NCBI GenBank assembly: GCA_050575255.1
Contig: JBNZDD010013629.1
Span: 2,889,059 to 2,953,058, forward strand
Direction: 5' to 3'
Length of the DNA stretch: 64,000 bases
DNA from: Harriotta raleighana
Lineage: Eukaryota
Below the pieces are notes generated by a model that had not been told where the DNA came from, did not search any database, and worked only from the letters and a program-made list of their open reading frames with translations. A program made the translations under genes and the position numbers. Numbering within the stretch: position 1 is the stretch's first letter; every line of letters begins with the position of its first letter. Positions 38,273-49,939 of this stretch are shown here, piece after piece.

Positions 38273-39397
38273 CCGTCTCGGGGGGAGGTGGGGGGGGTGG
38301 GGGGGGGTTCTCGTGAGTTTATGCAAAGTCCTGGGTGGGTGGGAGGATGGAGAAGAAATAATTTTATTATGAAAACGAGACTGGTAACAGGCTGACTAAC
38401 TAGACAGAGAGGAGGGAAGGAAAAGTCAAAAGATTATTTTTTAACAGAGAGAGACAGAGAGAGATTGCTGCAGCCGAAGACTTCCAGACATCCTGCTTTT
38501 GGTTTTGTTTCAGTTTGTTTGGTTTCTCCATCTCCATGCAAGGGTGGGGGATGGGGTGGGGGGACGAGGTATTTGCTGTACATATTCAGCCTCTGTCTCT
38601 GATTGTTTTTACGGTTCTGCAACTGTGTTTTTTCCTGGCAAGAATCCTCTGGAACTGTTGACGGGCTGGTGGGGAAGGGCTACATGACACGTTAGGATCC
38701 TGGGCAATGCTCCCCTCTTGCGAACCCTTGCGAGTTTGCTCATGTCTGAGGTGAGAATACGCTCTGGGCACAAGACCGGATAAGGTGGGACAAGGAGAGG
38801 GAGAGATGGGTTAATCATGGCCCATGGGAGTGAGGATTCGGTGGCCACAGTGACTGGGTCTATAATCTGACGATATCAGTGTGTGGAGGTGGCAAACCTG
38901 GCTCCTGCCTGACCACCGTCCCCATCATCCCAGGCCTTTCCTCCAGTCACCTACAACAATTGTGGGCAGGTGGAAGGATCACCATGGGGGAGCGGGATGG
39001 AGGTTGTGGTATTTATTGACGTCAGACCGTGTAGAGCAGGTCTCAAAAAGCCCCTCTATTCAAACAGGCACCACCTGTACCTCCAAACTAACTGTGGCCA
39101 GGGTAAGCTATCGATGTACGTCCACAATGACTGATTGTTGGCTGCAAGTGGGTGCAGGATTTGGGCAACATGACTGGCCTTCAATGGTTACGTTTTGGTC
39201 ACTACAGATCCAGTTCTCCTGAATTAGTCTGGTCACCTCATGCAGCAATTGATTCAGGAGCAAATGGCCAGTTTGTGCTGTTGCCTCAGTGCCCACCCAT
39301 CCCCAGCATTAGTGGATATTGTTTCCAGTCAACAGGTGAAGCGTGAACTAAGTTGTGTCCAGAAAATCCTGTTTGAATGAATCCCATTTTCCAGAAG

Positions 39398-39557
39398 GAT
39401 TCATTCAACCCACACTTGTTTATGGAACGTTGCTGTACGCAGTTGGATACCACGTTTCCCAAACAAAATAGTCAACCCACTTTACAGTGTATTCTGTGAA
39501 GCACTTTGAGATGAGTCAACACGATGATATGCTATATCAAATGCAAGGATTATTATA
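39398..39557 (+). mobile_element. SINE 3' half within the presumptive BCL9L 3' UTR
   Basis: Matches the family body and tail. Confidence 0.7.
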
Positions 39558-40205
39558 TATTATGGGTCCCTGGGGGTGAGGTGCTGGAGTGTGAGTTTCA
39601 CTGCTGGACTTTTCCAAACTATTGTTCTGCGTTTGACTCGCTGGAGTTGAGAGGGTCTGAGCTAAGCGGCCAGTCTTGTGCCTGCAGCCCCTTCTCGGGT
39701 TTGAAAGCCGCTGAGTTCTGGCTGCGTGGCTCAGCTAAGGACCAAACTCCCAGCTTCTGGGGTTAGTGTGCATTTACCACCTGAGCCCTGACCTCAAAGG
39801 GGATTGTGTTTTCCCGCCCTGCCTGCCCTGCAGGTGCAAACGACAGTCACTGTCTACAGGACCTGCTGCTGTCTATCTGGCATCACCTCCATTCCTTTCC
39901 CCTAGCTTCAAGGGCTCTGCAATCAGTGAGATGCCTTTATCCACAGCTTTTCTTGCCTGGGGAAAGGAGTTGGTATACCGCACTGCAGGGCATTGGAGGC
40001 TGCTGCGCAGAGTGTCAGGGGAGCCCTTCATAGCCTTTTACTCACCTTCCTCCATTTGGAAGCCAGTCACACTTTGGTGGGGCCAGCAGTTTCCAGATTC
40101 TCTCGGGCCAGGGTCTAACTCACAGTACAACCTGAACATTTTCTTTTTGCACCTTTTGGTACAGATGCTGGTTTTTGTTTTTCTTTATATAACAGCCATT
40201 GATAA

Positions 40206-40211
40206 AATAAA
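40206..40211 (+). terminator. Candidate BCL9L polyadenylation signal
   Basis: AATAAA with U-rich upstream and U/GU-rich downstream sequence, about 1.9 kb after the stop codon. Confidence 0.55.
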
Positions 40212-40299
40212 TCCGATTTAAAAATACCTTTTTTTTGGTAAGAAGAACATATTTTCTTTGGGTGAAAGCCTTTCTTTCTTGGTGTTTCTGTATTTGCCT

Positions 40300-40703
40300 G
40301 TGTTTCGCCTCGCAATCGAGAGGACCTGGGCTCCAATTCTGGTCAGGGCAAAACGTTGGACAACTTTCTTCACTCCACACGCCTCTATTTACATAGCAGT
40401 AACTGGGAACCCAGTTGTAACAGTACAAAATTACATTTAAACAGCGACTGTTTTCGTCTGTAGGACTTCCCGAGGCAAATGAGTTGATTGGTAGATCACT
40501 TTTCCGAGTGTACTAATCCCTTCGAAAAATAACGATAAATTGATCACTAAATCCACGAGTATTTGTGGGGTACTGCTGTGTGCAATTGGCTGCTGCATTT
40601 CGCCCTCAAATTACACAATTGACTGTATATTCTGAAGTGTGAAATGCTTTGAGATGTCTTGATGTGATAAGGCACTTTGTCAAATACAAGGATTATAATT
40701 ATT
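40300..40703 (+). mobile_element. SINE, long variant
   Basis: Partial head, cttcactccacacgcct, Deu-like body and tail. Confidence 0.7.
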
Positions 40704-41134
40704 AACATCTGTGCAGATCACAAGCCATTTCCTTGGTGCGATGGGAGGTGTTGCTTTTCCTGTTTTTAGCAAGTCTGGCTGAATATTAGCAGCCGCTCAC
40801 AAACTAACTCACTCAGATCTTTACCATAAGGTGACTGTTTAGGAGAGTTCACACTTCGTTTATCAATTGACAGTTGTTACTTGCTCTACTCCAGTAAATA
40901 TTATTTCATGTATCTGAACTAATTTAAGAGCATTCCTCTCTCATCTCCACAGTTCAGACCACCTACCACTCATTCTCAGATCTTTGTTAAATAATGCAAT
41001 TGAAACTGACTGCTCAAAATGAGCTGGAGCTTATTCACCCCCTCAATACATACAGGTATATTACCCTTCCTCCCTTCTGCCATCTTTACTGAGATCACAA
41101 TTCCTGGCCGGATTACATTGAATCATTTGAGATG

Positions 41135-41432
41135 AGACTAATTTAGCGAATGCACCTTAAAGTTCAATCCCTGTTTGGGTCAGGAGGAAACTTTAGGGAA
41201 GTTTCCTCACTTCATACACTTCTGTTTGTCTAGCAATAAGTAAGTTATTAGTCGTTAGGGATATCGCTTTCTGGGGGTGATGAGTGCTGGGAAAAAAAAA
41301 TTGATCACTCGTTTCATGACTGGGCAATTGGCTGGTTCATCCACAAAACAGTCAATTCACTTCAGAATACTGGAAAGCGCTTTGAGGCATCTCAACAATG
41401 TCTCAAATCAAAAGAATTATTATTATTATTAA
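41135..41432 (+). mobile_element. SINE, degenerate
   Basis: Recognisable family blocks and (TTA)n tail. Confidence 0.65.
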
Positions 41433-42607
41433 AGTACAGGCAATCCTTGAGCAGTGAGCTGCAGTGGCACATTCAGCTCTCTCATCCCAGCCACAGGAAC
41501 TGTCTCTATTGTTCTGACTTCAGCCCATTCTCCCGGTGTCGGATCAAGTTTAAATGAAACTTGGAACTTGCAAAATTTGCAACTCGGAAAAAATTTGATG
41601 CAACCAAACTAGGAAAAAAGTCTCTTAAACAACTTGAAACTTCCTGTGGTGTTTGTGCACTGTGCTAACTCACTTAATCAAACACATGTTATCTTATTAA
41701 ATCTTCCAGGTTTGTAAAAGCAATTTTCTCAAAAGCTAAGTTGTCAGCAAACTTGCTGCCCTTGGTTGTGAAAGTGTCACCCACACATATCTCGCTCAGT
41801 CACATCACCAATTCTCAATAACATCCTGTTCACCTTTCCAATAATATTCTTTACTCATTCTTCTTAGCTTCTACACCTATGGATGTCCTCCCGATCTGCA
41901 ACCCCTTGTCCAAATGTAATTTTCTATAATATACTTGACGGGAGCAAGCTATCGGCTTTACAGGATGAATCATGATATTTAACCATGATTATCATGAGGT
42001 TAACCATAGAATCCTAGAATGTTACAGCACGAAATTTGGGCTTGTGTGAGGGGGTGCTCTGATTCTCTACCCTGTGTGAGGAGGGGTTATATAAATGCAA
42101 GTTGTTGAGGTAGTTTCTAGCCGTTCCTCAACCCCCCACAACCCCTCCTAGCAGCAGGATCCACCTTCTCTCTACCTAAACTAATGAGCTGCACAACATC
42201 AAAAATAGATCATTTTTAAGCAGATGGGCCAAGTGGAGGTGAGAAAAAAACGTTGTTTGTGAGCGATGCCCTTTAAAGAGACTGCCCCTCCCCCCACATC
42301 ACCAGCCCGGTGTGCATATAGTGTGACCTGTACACGCTTCACTGTGTTGCGGCTGGCCAGTGGGTAATAATATTACTAACATCTACTGCTTATACCCTGT
42401 CGGACAGCAGACTGACTCAAATTGTGTTTCGAAATTTGTTTTTAAAAGTCCCTAGTTTTACCATTCCTCTCCCCTCCCCCCACCCCCCTCCCACACACAC
42501 ACAACACACACACACATCATCGCCTCAAAGTGAAGTAATAAACTTACTGCAAAAACATTACAGGAAACGAAAATCTGATCCAAGGACACTTTTTATGTGA
42601 AAATACA

Positions 42608-42613
42608 TTTATT
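42608..42613 (-). terminator. Candidate CXCR5 polyadenylation signal
   Basis: AATAAA on the minus strand about 255 nt after the stop codon, followed by T/GT-rich sequence. Confidence 0.55.
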
Positions 42614-42867
42614 TCAAAGTAAAAATGCAGAGAATATTCAGCACAAAACACGAACGTCGATTGCAAAGCCAAGTTAAGTACAAGGAGACCTATTAGAAAA
42701 GACAGTCCCATTCTTTCCTCTCACCCGACCCCCCCCCCCACCCCATCCCACTCTTATGTAATTGTCCATGCTCTGCCATGATGATTATGGGTTGCCCTGC
42801 AGGTTTGATCAACATTAACTTGCGTTTATACAGCGCCTTCACACAGTGTAGCGTCCCAGAGTGCTAA

Positions 42868-43887
42868 TTACTCCAGGAATTGATTTTCGGTCAGGGTTGA
42901 GCTCCTGTTCTTGCCGGTTTGTTTGAGTTGGAAATGCTTGTCCAGGGTAGTCTGGCTGATGCAGCCCATTTTTCTAAGAAGATTCAATACGTCGTTCCTG
43001 AACTTGACCCCGATGAAAGCGTAGAGTATGGGGTTCACACAGCAGTGGAACAAGCCGATGCTTTCGGTCACATTGAGGGCAAGCTTCAGGTCCTCTTGGA
43101 AATCGTAGGCCTGACCTTTGAGTTCAGACAAAGTCTTGATGAAGATCATCAGGTTGTAGGGAGTCCAACAGAGGAAGAAGACAGCGGTGACCATCAGCAC
43201 AACCCTGACTGCCTTGCGTCTCTCAAAGTTCTGGCACCTCCACAGGGTTTTGCTCACCATGGTATAACAATAACACATGACAGCCAGGGGCAGTGCAAAG
43301 CCCAGCACATGACACAGGACCTGTTCTGCAAGCAGCCACTTGTGGGCATTGTCCCACGGGTAGGTACACCTGCTCCTGTTGTATTCAGTCTCGACTCTCA
43401 AGTAAATGCCATTGGGAATCTGCAGCAAGAGACACAGAGCCCAGACCCCAGCGCATATCCAGTGGATGACCACTTGCTTCCGTTTCTTGTAGGTCTGGAC
43501 CGCATAGACAATCGCCAGGTACCGGTCAAAGCTGATGAATCCCAGGAAAAGGCTACTGCACAAAAAGTTGAGTTTATACATGGTTCCCACCACCTTGCAC
43601 ACAACTTGCCCAAAGTACCACTCTGAAATACTCTGAATAGCAGTGAACGGGAGGCTGAGGGAGAGCAGGAGATCTACCAGTGTTAGGTGTAGCAGGTAGC
43701 TATCAGTAGAGGATCTTGTGTGTTTGATGCTGATCAGAACAGCGAAAACCAGCCCATTTCCCAGGACCCCCATCACAGACACCAGCAGGGATACTAGGGG
43801 TATGGCAATGGTCTGGGATTCCAAGCTGTTCCCAAGAAAGACATAACTGTCATAATCTCCAGTTTCATTGTAATACTCGGAGAGATC
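42868..43887 (-). CDS. CXCR5: C-X-C chemokine receptor type 5, exon 2 (7TM). With exon 1 gives 353 aa
   Basis: Chemokine-receptor motifs DRYLAIV, RSSTDSYLLHL, KLNFLCSS, KAVRV...FFLCWTPY and HCCVNPILYAFIGVKFRND. Acceptor tttttctccccacag| in phase 0. Position between BCL9L and DDX6 points to CXCR5. Confidence 0.9.
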   Translation of the reverse strand, partial: DLSEYYNETGDYDSYVFLGNSLESQTIAIPLVSLLVSVMGVLGNGLVFAVLISIKHTRSSTDSYLLHLTLVDLLLSLSLPFTAIQSISEWYFGQVVCKVVGTMYKLNFLCSSLFLGFISFDRYLAIVYAVQTYKKRKQVVIHWICAGVWALCLLLQIPNGIYLRVETEYNRSRCTYPWDNAHKWLLAEQVLCHVLGFALPLAVMCYCYTMVSKTLWRCQNFERRKAVRVVLMVTAVFFLCWTPYNLMIFIKTLSELKGQAYDFQEDLKLALNVTESIGLFHCCVNPILYAFIGVKFRNDVLNLLRKMGCISQTTLDKHFQLKQTGKNRSSTLTENQFLE

Positions 43888-44519
43888 CTGTGGGGAGAAA
43901 AACAAATTAAGAAATATTAAAATAACTTTTAGAAACACTGTACTAATTTATTTGAAACTAACATTTAAACCAGGTTATGGGCCAAGCCTTTTGAAGAATG
44001 GATTCAATCTAAAGTTAATTTAAACCAAAGGTAAATACAGCCCATGTCACCCACAAGGCACCTGATCCCCAGCTCAGCTCTGATGCTCATGGCTGTACCT
44101 GTGCAACATTTCCTCTCCAAATTTATTCACCCCGTCGCCTGCTTTAGACTGATATTTCATCCAAAAGACAGTGTTTATGTAATGTTGGGTGATCAGCAGA
44201 TGGCAAAGAGTTGTCCACAATGATAATAAATAGCAAACGGACAGAGAACCTCACTAACCACAGTGATGGCTCATTTTATCGTCTCCACCAGCTGCTGACA
44301 GTGTCGCAATCACAGACGAGCATCGTTCCATATGAGAGGTTTGGTCTGGAGGTTTCTAATTTTATCCGAGGGACTGTACACAGACAGTACTAATGTATAG
44401 AACTGTACTAGCACTGCTGCTGGGATGTTGTTTACCCTCTTCTCAGATATTCAATTTTAAGAACATTGACAAAAGACCATCCAAAAGGGAGGCGGACTGG
44501 GACACACCTCCTGAAAACA

Positions 44520-44700
44520 GATTATTCCACAATAGCTTTCAAAAGGGAATTGGATAGTTAAAAAGGAAAAATGTGCAAGGCTATGGGGTGGGAGTGGGGA
44601 CTAGTTGGGGTAAGAGTGGGGGAGTGGGACTAATTGGGTAGAACTGGAACAGGCACAATGGGTCACCTGGCCTCTGGGCTTTGCTGTCATATTCTCTGAG
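44520..44700 (+). mobile_element. CR1 3' fragment
   Basis: tttcaaaagggaattggata...ggctatgggg...acaggcacaatggg is similar to the other CR1 tails. Confidence 0.55.
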
Positions 44701-44789
44701 TCTATTTACAGTAACAACACAGCCCAATATTGTCAAACTGCCCAATATTGTCAAACTGGTCACACTAATCTTTCATTTTGATGTCCAGC

Positions 44790-45140
44790 TTGTTACTGGC
44801 AAGAGAAACAAGCTCCATGTGCCTCTCAGGCAATTCAGTACTTGATATCTCAGCCCCATCAAACCTGACACATGTTCGGACTTTGAGCTCCTGGCAGGTG
44901 AGTCTTCAGTCACTCTGCCCCCAACCTCTGGAACGCCATCCCAAAGTTCCTCGCCTCGCCTCCCTCCCTGGCCTCTTCCTTGAAATCTCCTCTTCGATGG
45001 ACCCATCGGCAACTCCTCCCCCGACCCCTCCACTCCCACCCCCATCCCCCCTCCGTCCTTCCTTAGCTCGGGTCTGAAGCAGTAACTGTCCTCCTGACAT
45101 GAAAGGCGCTATACAAATGTATAATTTTGTTGTTGTTGTA
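44790..45140 (+). mobile_element. L2 3' fragment in the CXCR5 intron
   Basis: ctctgcccccaacctctggaacgccatccc and the (GTT)n tail. Confidence 0.75.
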
Positions 45141-45583
45141 GTACTTCATAGAATTACATAAACATGATGCATCCCTCCAGAGAGAGAGAGAGACAGAGAG
45201 AGTGCATTCTATTCCAACAATCTATCTTTGGGAATTCCTTGTGCGGTTGGGAGACATGGAAATCTCAGCTTGGTTTGCAGACTCTTAAGCAACAGTGATG
45301 GGTTTCCATGTGTGTCAGACACACGGCTGTGACCAGCAGAAAGTAATTATAAGGCATTACATAAAAGCAAGTTCTTTATATTAAATGCATAGCGTCCCTG
45401 TGCTAACCACAATGTACATCTATGCAGTACATCAGGAACCCATCACATAGTGCTTGCACCCACCTAATGACCTAAATGTCTCCTAACCTTCCACTCAATA
45501 TTTTTTGATGTTCTGAAATGTTTGTTGAGTCAGTATTAATTAGCATATTGCATTCAAACAGCATAAAAAAAAACAATACTCAC

Positions 45584-45625
45584 TGAATCGTTGAACATAT
45601 ACATGTCATCAATTTTGAAATTCAT
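45584..45625 (-). CDS. CXCR5: CXCR5 exon 1 (MNFKIDDMYMFNDS)
   Basis: ATG at 45625, 14 codons, donor TCA|gtgagt in phase 0 matching exon 2. Resembles the short MN-starting first exon of mammalian CXCR5. Confidence 0.8.
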
Positions 45626-45699
45626 GAGTTTAAAAACTGTGAAAGATTGATTATTGCTTTTGTTGCCACTTTCCAAACTAGAGATCTGTATGAAGGCGT

Positions 45700-45760
45700 T
45701 CCCATTATTTAAGCGGTACAGCCAACTTCCTGTTCATCTTTGAGAAATTTACATACAATA
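45700..45760 (-). promoter_or_regulatory. Candidate CXCR5 proximal promoter
   Basis: On the minus strand: octamer-like ATGTAAAT (45747-45754), ETS core CAGGAAGT (45725-45732) and TATA-like TTAAATA (about 45706-45712), upstream of exon 1. Confidence 0.45.
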
Positions 45761-45984
45761 TACATTTCATATTTAAAAACATTACTTCTTTCACTGCTCT
45801 CAGTCATCTTTACCTCCCTCGCCCTCTCCTGGGTGACCAATTGGCATCATCAATCAGGTCCTCCTGACATGAAAGGCGCTGTGTAAATGTTAATGGTATT
45901 GCATAACACACTAGTACAGTATTTTAAAATTCCACTTTTTAAAATATTTTCTACCAGTTGTTGAAACCAGTAGTCTTGGTTGTC

Positions 45985-46272
45985 AATCCTACAGAAAATC
46001 TGCATTTGAATCCTGGATAGCTCGAAACATTGGGCGAGTTTCCTTACTCCACACACCTCTGTTTATCAGCAGCATGTAGGAACACTGTTAGAGAACAACC
46101 TGGGCATTAACAACACTGTTAGTCGATTGGCAGATGTATATGTGTATATTTTATGGGCAGCCAAATGCACACAGCAGTGTCCCACAAACAGTCATGGATT
46201 GAATGACCCATTATTTTATTTGGAGGAATTATTATCCCCCAGAAAACCAATTTGCCAATCAACTAACAAGTG
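45985..46272. mobile_element. Rearranged SINE fragments
   Basis: Plus-strand head and body followed by an inverted body segment. Confidence 0.6.
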
Positions 46273-46284
46273 GCCTCCTATAGG

Positions 46285-48300
46285 TAAGTAGAGCCCGGAC
46301 ATGAGCTGCAGAGATCATCCAAAACTCTGCAACTCGAGTCATTTCCCGCACCAGGCCACCGATGGTGGAGTAGAGGATTCGGGGGAAGGAGGAAGCCAGA
46401 CCCAGTAGAGCGGATGCAATGGTTACTGCTGTGAGGAGAGAGGAGGTTGGAGAGGTAGCGGGGTGCAACGGAGTGGAGGTATTGAAACACAACAGTGAGG
46501 ATGTTGAAGTCAATCCATCTCTGACAGGGAGCCAGTGAAGTCTGGCGAGCACTGGAGTAATTGGGGAGCAAAGTTTGGTACGGGTGAGAATGTGGGTGGC
46601 GGAGTTCTGTATGAGCTGGATTTTGTGAATGGTGGCAGAGCGCAGACCAGCGAGGAGGCTGTTGGAGTAGTCCAACCAAGAGGTGACAAAGGTGGACCAA
46701 GGTTCAGCAGCTTTTGGGGTGAGATATTGGTGGAGACGGGCAATGTGGCAGAGATGTAAGTAGGCTTTGCTGGTGAGGGAGCGGATGTGGGGGAAGGAAG
46801 AATAATTGGGGGTTGAAACTGAGGTTGAGGTTTAGGGAGGAGAGTAGGGCAGTGACGTCAGGATGTGGTGCAAGGGGAGTTTAGCTGGAGGTTGAAATCA
46901 CCCATTATGATCAGGCGTTCTGATCAGAGGGACAGGGAGGAGAATGGAGATATCCAAGAAGAAGGAGTCAGGAGATTTAGTGGACGGTAGACCAGAAGAA
47001 TTTTCAATGAGAGAGAAGGATGGTAGAGGGTGAGGTGCTCAAAAGAGGGGAAACAGCCAGAGGAATAAGGAGAAAGACCAAGGGAAGCTTTGGAGATGAG
47101 GAAACACCGCCGTTGCATTGGTTAGGGCGGGGGAATGTGGTGGAAGGTGTAGCCTGGAAGGGAAGCTTCAACTCGAGGTTACTGGGTCACTGAAGGAGAG
47201 CCAGATTTCCATAAGACCAAGAATATCAATGTGTTCATCCAGGATGAGGTCATGGATAGTGAGGGCTTTATTGGAGATGGATCGGACATTTTGAAGGGAA
47301 ATGCAGATGGCTTTACAGGTGGGAGGAGAGAGTGGTATGAAGAGAATTTGCAGAGTTTGCATTCCAGTTTGCATTTCGTTGCTTTAATTCATTTGCACAT
47401 CAGCAGAAACATCCTCTCTATCTGTGACCAGGCTTCTCCCTCTAACTTCTCGTCCTCCTGGATTTCTGCGTCATTCGACTCAGTTGACCTCGCCATCCTC
47501 CTCCACTACCTTTCCTTCATCTACCTAAGTGGAACCACACTCGCATGGTTCAAGTCCTAATTAACCAAACGCCTCCATTTCATCTAGGCAAATGGTTTCT
47601 CCTCTTGGCCCCACTCGATCACCTGTGGGGAATCCCAGGTCTGTATTCTTGTCCTTCCGCCTTTCTTTGTCCAGATGCTCCCTCTGGATGAGTAGGGGGA
47701 CAGCAGGTCGGAGATAGGAGGGGGCAAGGCCCCAAATGGTCTTGAAAGTGAGGATGAGGATCTTGAATTCGATCCTCTGAGGAATGGGGAGCCAATGGAG
47801 TCGGGTTAGGGTGGGAGTGATGTGGTCGCGGAGCTTAATGCAGGTGAGGACACGAGCAGCAGATTTCTGGATGATCTGCAGCTTGTGAAGGGAAGAGCTG
47901 GGAAATTTCCATAATCGAGCCTTGATGTGACGAATGCGAGGACAAGGATTTTAGCAGCCTGAGGGGTGAGGCAGTAGAGGAGTCTGACGATGTTGCAAAA
48001 GTGATGGAAGACAATACTGGTCATGGCGCGGGTGTAGGGTAGGAAGGACAGTTCAAGGTCGACCAACCTTGGATGCTGATGTTGCCAGCTCCTGAGGCAC
48101 AGAGGTGCTGTTGCAAGCCAATCAGGTGGGCCTCAGTTTTGCAGACATTCAACTGGAGAAAGTTGTCTCTCGTCCAGGACTCAATGTCAGACAGGCAGTC
48201 AGGACTCTTGTAGTCCAGGAGTTGAGGGTGGAAGCAGAAAGGTAGAGTTGGGTGTCATCTGCATACATGTGAAAATTTATCCTACCATAAGGCTGTCAAC
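46285..48300. mobile_element. Mosaic of decayed L2 pieces (ORF2 C-terminus, APE endonuclease, inverted RT segment)
   Basis: Minus: MDYSNSLLAGL...LARLHWLPV and ISLQNVRSISNKALTIHDLILDEHIDILGLMEIWL (endonuclease start). Plus: SFDSVDLAILLHYL...GTTLAWFKS (RT). Minus again: FVTSRLDYGN. Confidence 0.8.
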
Positions 48301-48495
48301 CATCAGCACAGAAGATCTCCCTCTGCTGGTCCAGGGTGACATTACATCTCAAAATCGGGTTCTAATAATAATCCATTTGATATAGCACTTCATATCAAAA
48401 AGCACTTCACAAGATATACTATATTACAAACTGTATTTTGAGGGCTTAACAATGCCCAGTTGAGACACATTAGTGCCCCACAAACTGCCATAGAA

Positions 48496-49280
48496 GTAGA
48501 GTCCTGTAGTTCAATGGTTACAACAACAAAATTACATTTATAGAGCGCCTTTCATGTTGGGAGATGTCCCAAGGTGCTGAACAGTCAGGTCGTGACCCGA
48601 GCAAGGGAGAGGGGCAGGGTAGGGGTGATGGGCGGGAGAGAGTTAGGAGGGGAAGGAGAGAGATGGGAGGGCAGCAGAAGGCACGATCGAAGTGGACGGT
48701 ATTGCGACCAGCCTTGAGGCAAGGTAAAGAACAAGGCAAAGGGACTGTGGGATGGAGTTCCAGAGTGTGGGGGCAGAGAGGCTGAAAACCTGTTCGCCGA
48801 TTGGAGGGCAGGTCGGGTGAGGGACATGGAGCAGAACAGATCCCGTAGAACAGAGTGGGCGGGCAGGTTGATAGGGAGACAGCAAGTCAGAGAGATGGGG
48901 TGGTGGGGGGTGCACAGGCATGAATGGCCTTGAAAGTGAGGACGAGGATCTTGAATTTGATCTGCTGGGCGATGGGGAGCCAATGGAGCTGGGAGAGGGT
49001 GGGGGTGATGTGGTTGCGGAGCTTGGTGCGGGTGAGGACACGAGTTGCAGAGTTAGATCACTCTCCTCACAAGTGAGATACCTGAGTTTGATTCCAGGCA
49101 GGGCAAAACCTTGGGCAAGTTTCCTTACTCCACAGGCCTGATAATAATCTCTCAAGAACAAAAACAATAAAAATTTGATCACTCAATCCACAACTGATTG
49201 TGGGACGCTGCTGTGCACAATTGGCTGCCTGCCATGTTTTGCCCACAAATATACACTCAATTCACTTTACTGTATAATTA
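48496..49280 (+). mobile_element. SINE split in its tRNA head by a nested L2
   Basis: gtcctgtagttcaatggtta at 48501-48520 resumes as gttagatcactctcctcacaagtgaga at about 49052. Confidence 0.75.
48520..49054 (-). mobile_element. 5'-truncated L2 LINE nested in a SINE
   Basis: (CAA)n aaattacatttatagagcgcc tail and ORF2 C-terminal homology. Confidence 0.88.
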
Positions 49281-49647
49281 ATAATAATAAATCTTGCATT
49301 AGATATTGTGTTTTTCACGACTTTTAGACGTCTCAAAGCGCTTCACAGAATATACCATAAAGTGAATTGATTGTATATTTGCGAGTATATAGCAGTAACA
49401 GTCCAGCACCTTGGGACGTCCTCCTGATGTGAAAGACGCTATACAAGTGTAATTTTGTTGTTGCTATTGTATATTCTGTGAATCGCTTTGAGAAGTCTAA
49501 AAGACCTGAAAATCGCTATATCAAATGCAATCATTCTTATTAATAAAGTACCAATTTTTTTTATTTGGTGGATTTATAGGCCAGAATACTGGGAGAAACT
49601 CCCTTCTCATAAAATCGTAGAATATTACAGACCTGTGTCGGAGTGGT

Positions 49648-49930
49648 GGTGTCCTGTAGCTCAGTGGTTAGAGCACTTGCCTTACAAACATGAAACCTGT
49701 GATTTGAATCCAGGCAGTTCAGGGTGAAACCCTGGGCACGTTTCTTCATTCCACATGCCTAAAAATAATCCATCCCCAAAAAAACTATAATAAAAATTGG
49801 TCATTTCAATCAACGACTGTTTCGCCCACAAATATACAGTCAATTCACTTCACTTTGTGAAGCACTTTGAGACATCTAGAAGACGTGAAAAGCACTATAT
49901 CAAAGTGCAAGGATTATTATATATTATTAT
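49648..49930 (+). mobile_element. tRNA-derived SINE
   Basis: gtcctgtagctcagtggttagagcacttgccttacaa head and family tail. Confidence 0.85.
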
Positions 49931-49939
49931 ATATTATTA

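Noticed and set aside
42919-43626. 235-aa ORF on the + strand
   Set aside because: Antisense shadow of the CXCR5 coding exon, with no recognisable protein features.
43888-43938. ORF-track N-terminus MFLKVILIFLNLFFSPQ for the receptor
   Set aside because: This is intron sequence (polypyrimidine tract and AG). A better start is exon 1 at 45625.
44722-44758. 18-bp tandem duplication GCCCAATATTGTCAAACT x2
   Set aside because: Ordinary slippage duplication in an intron.
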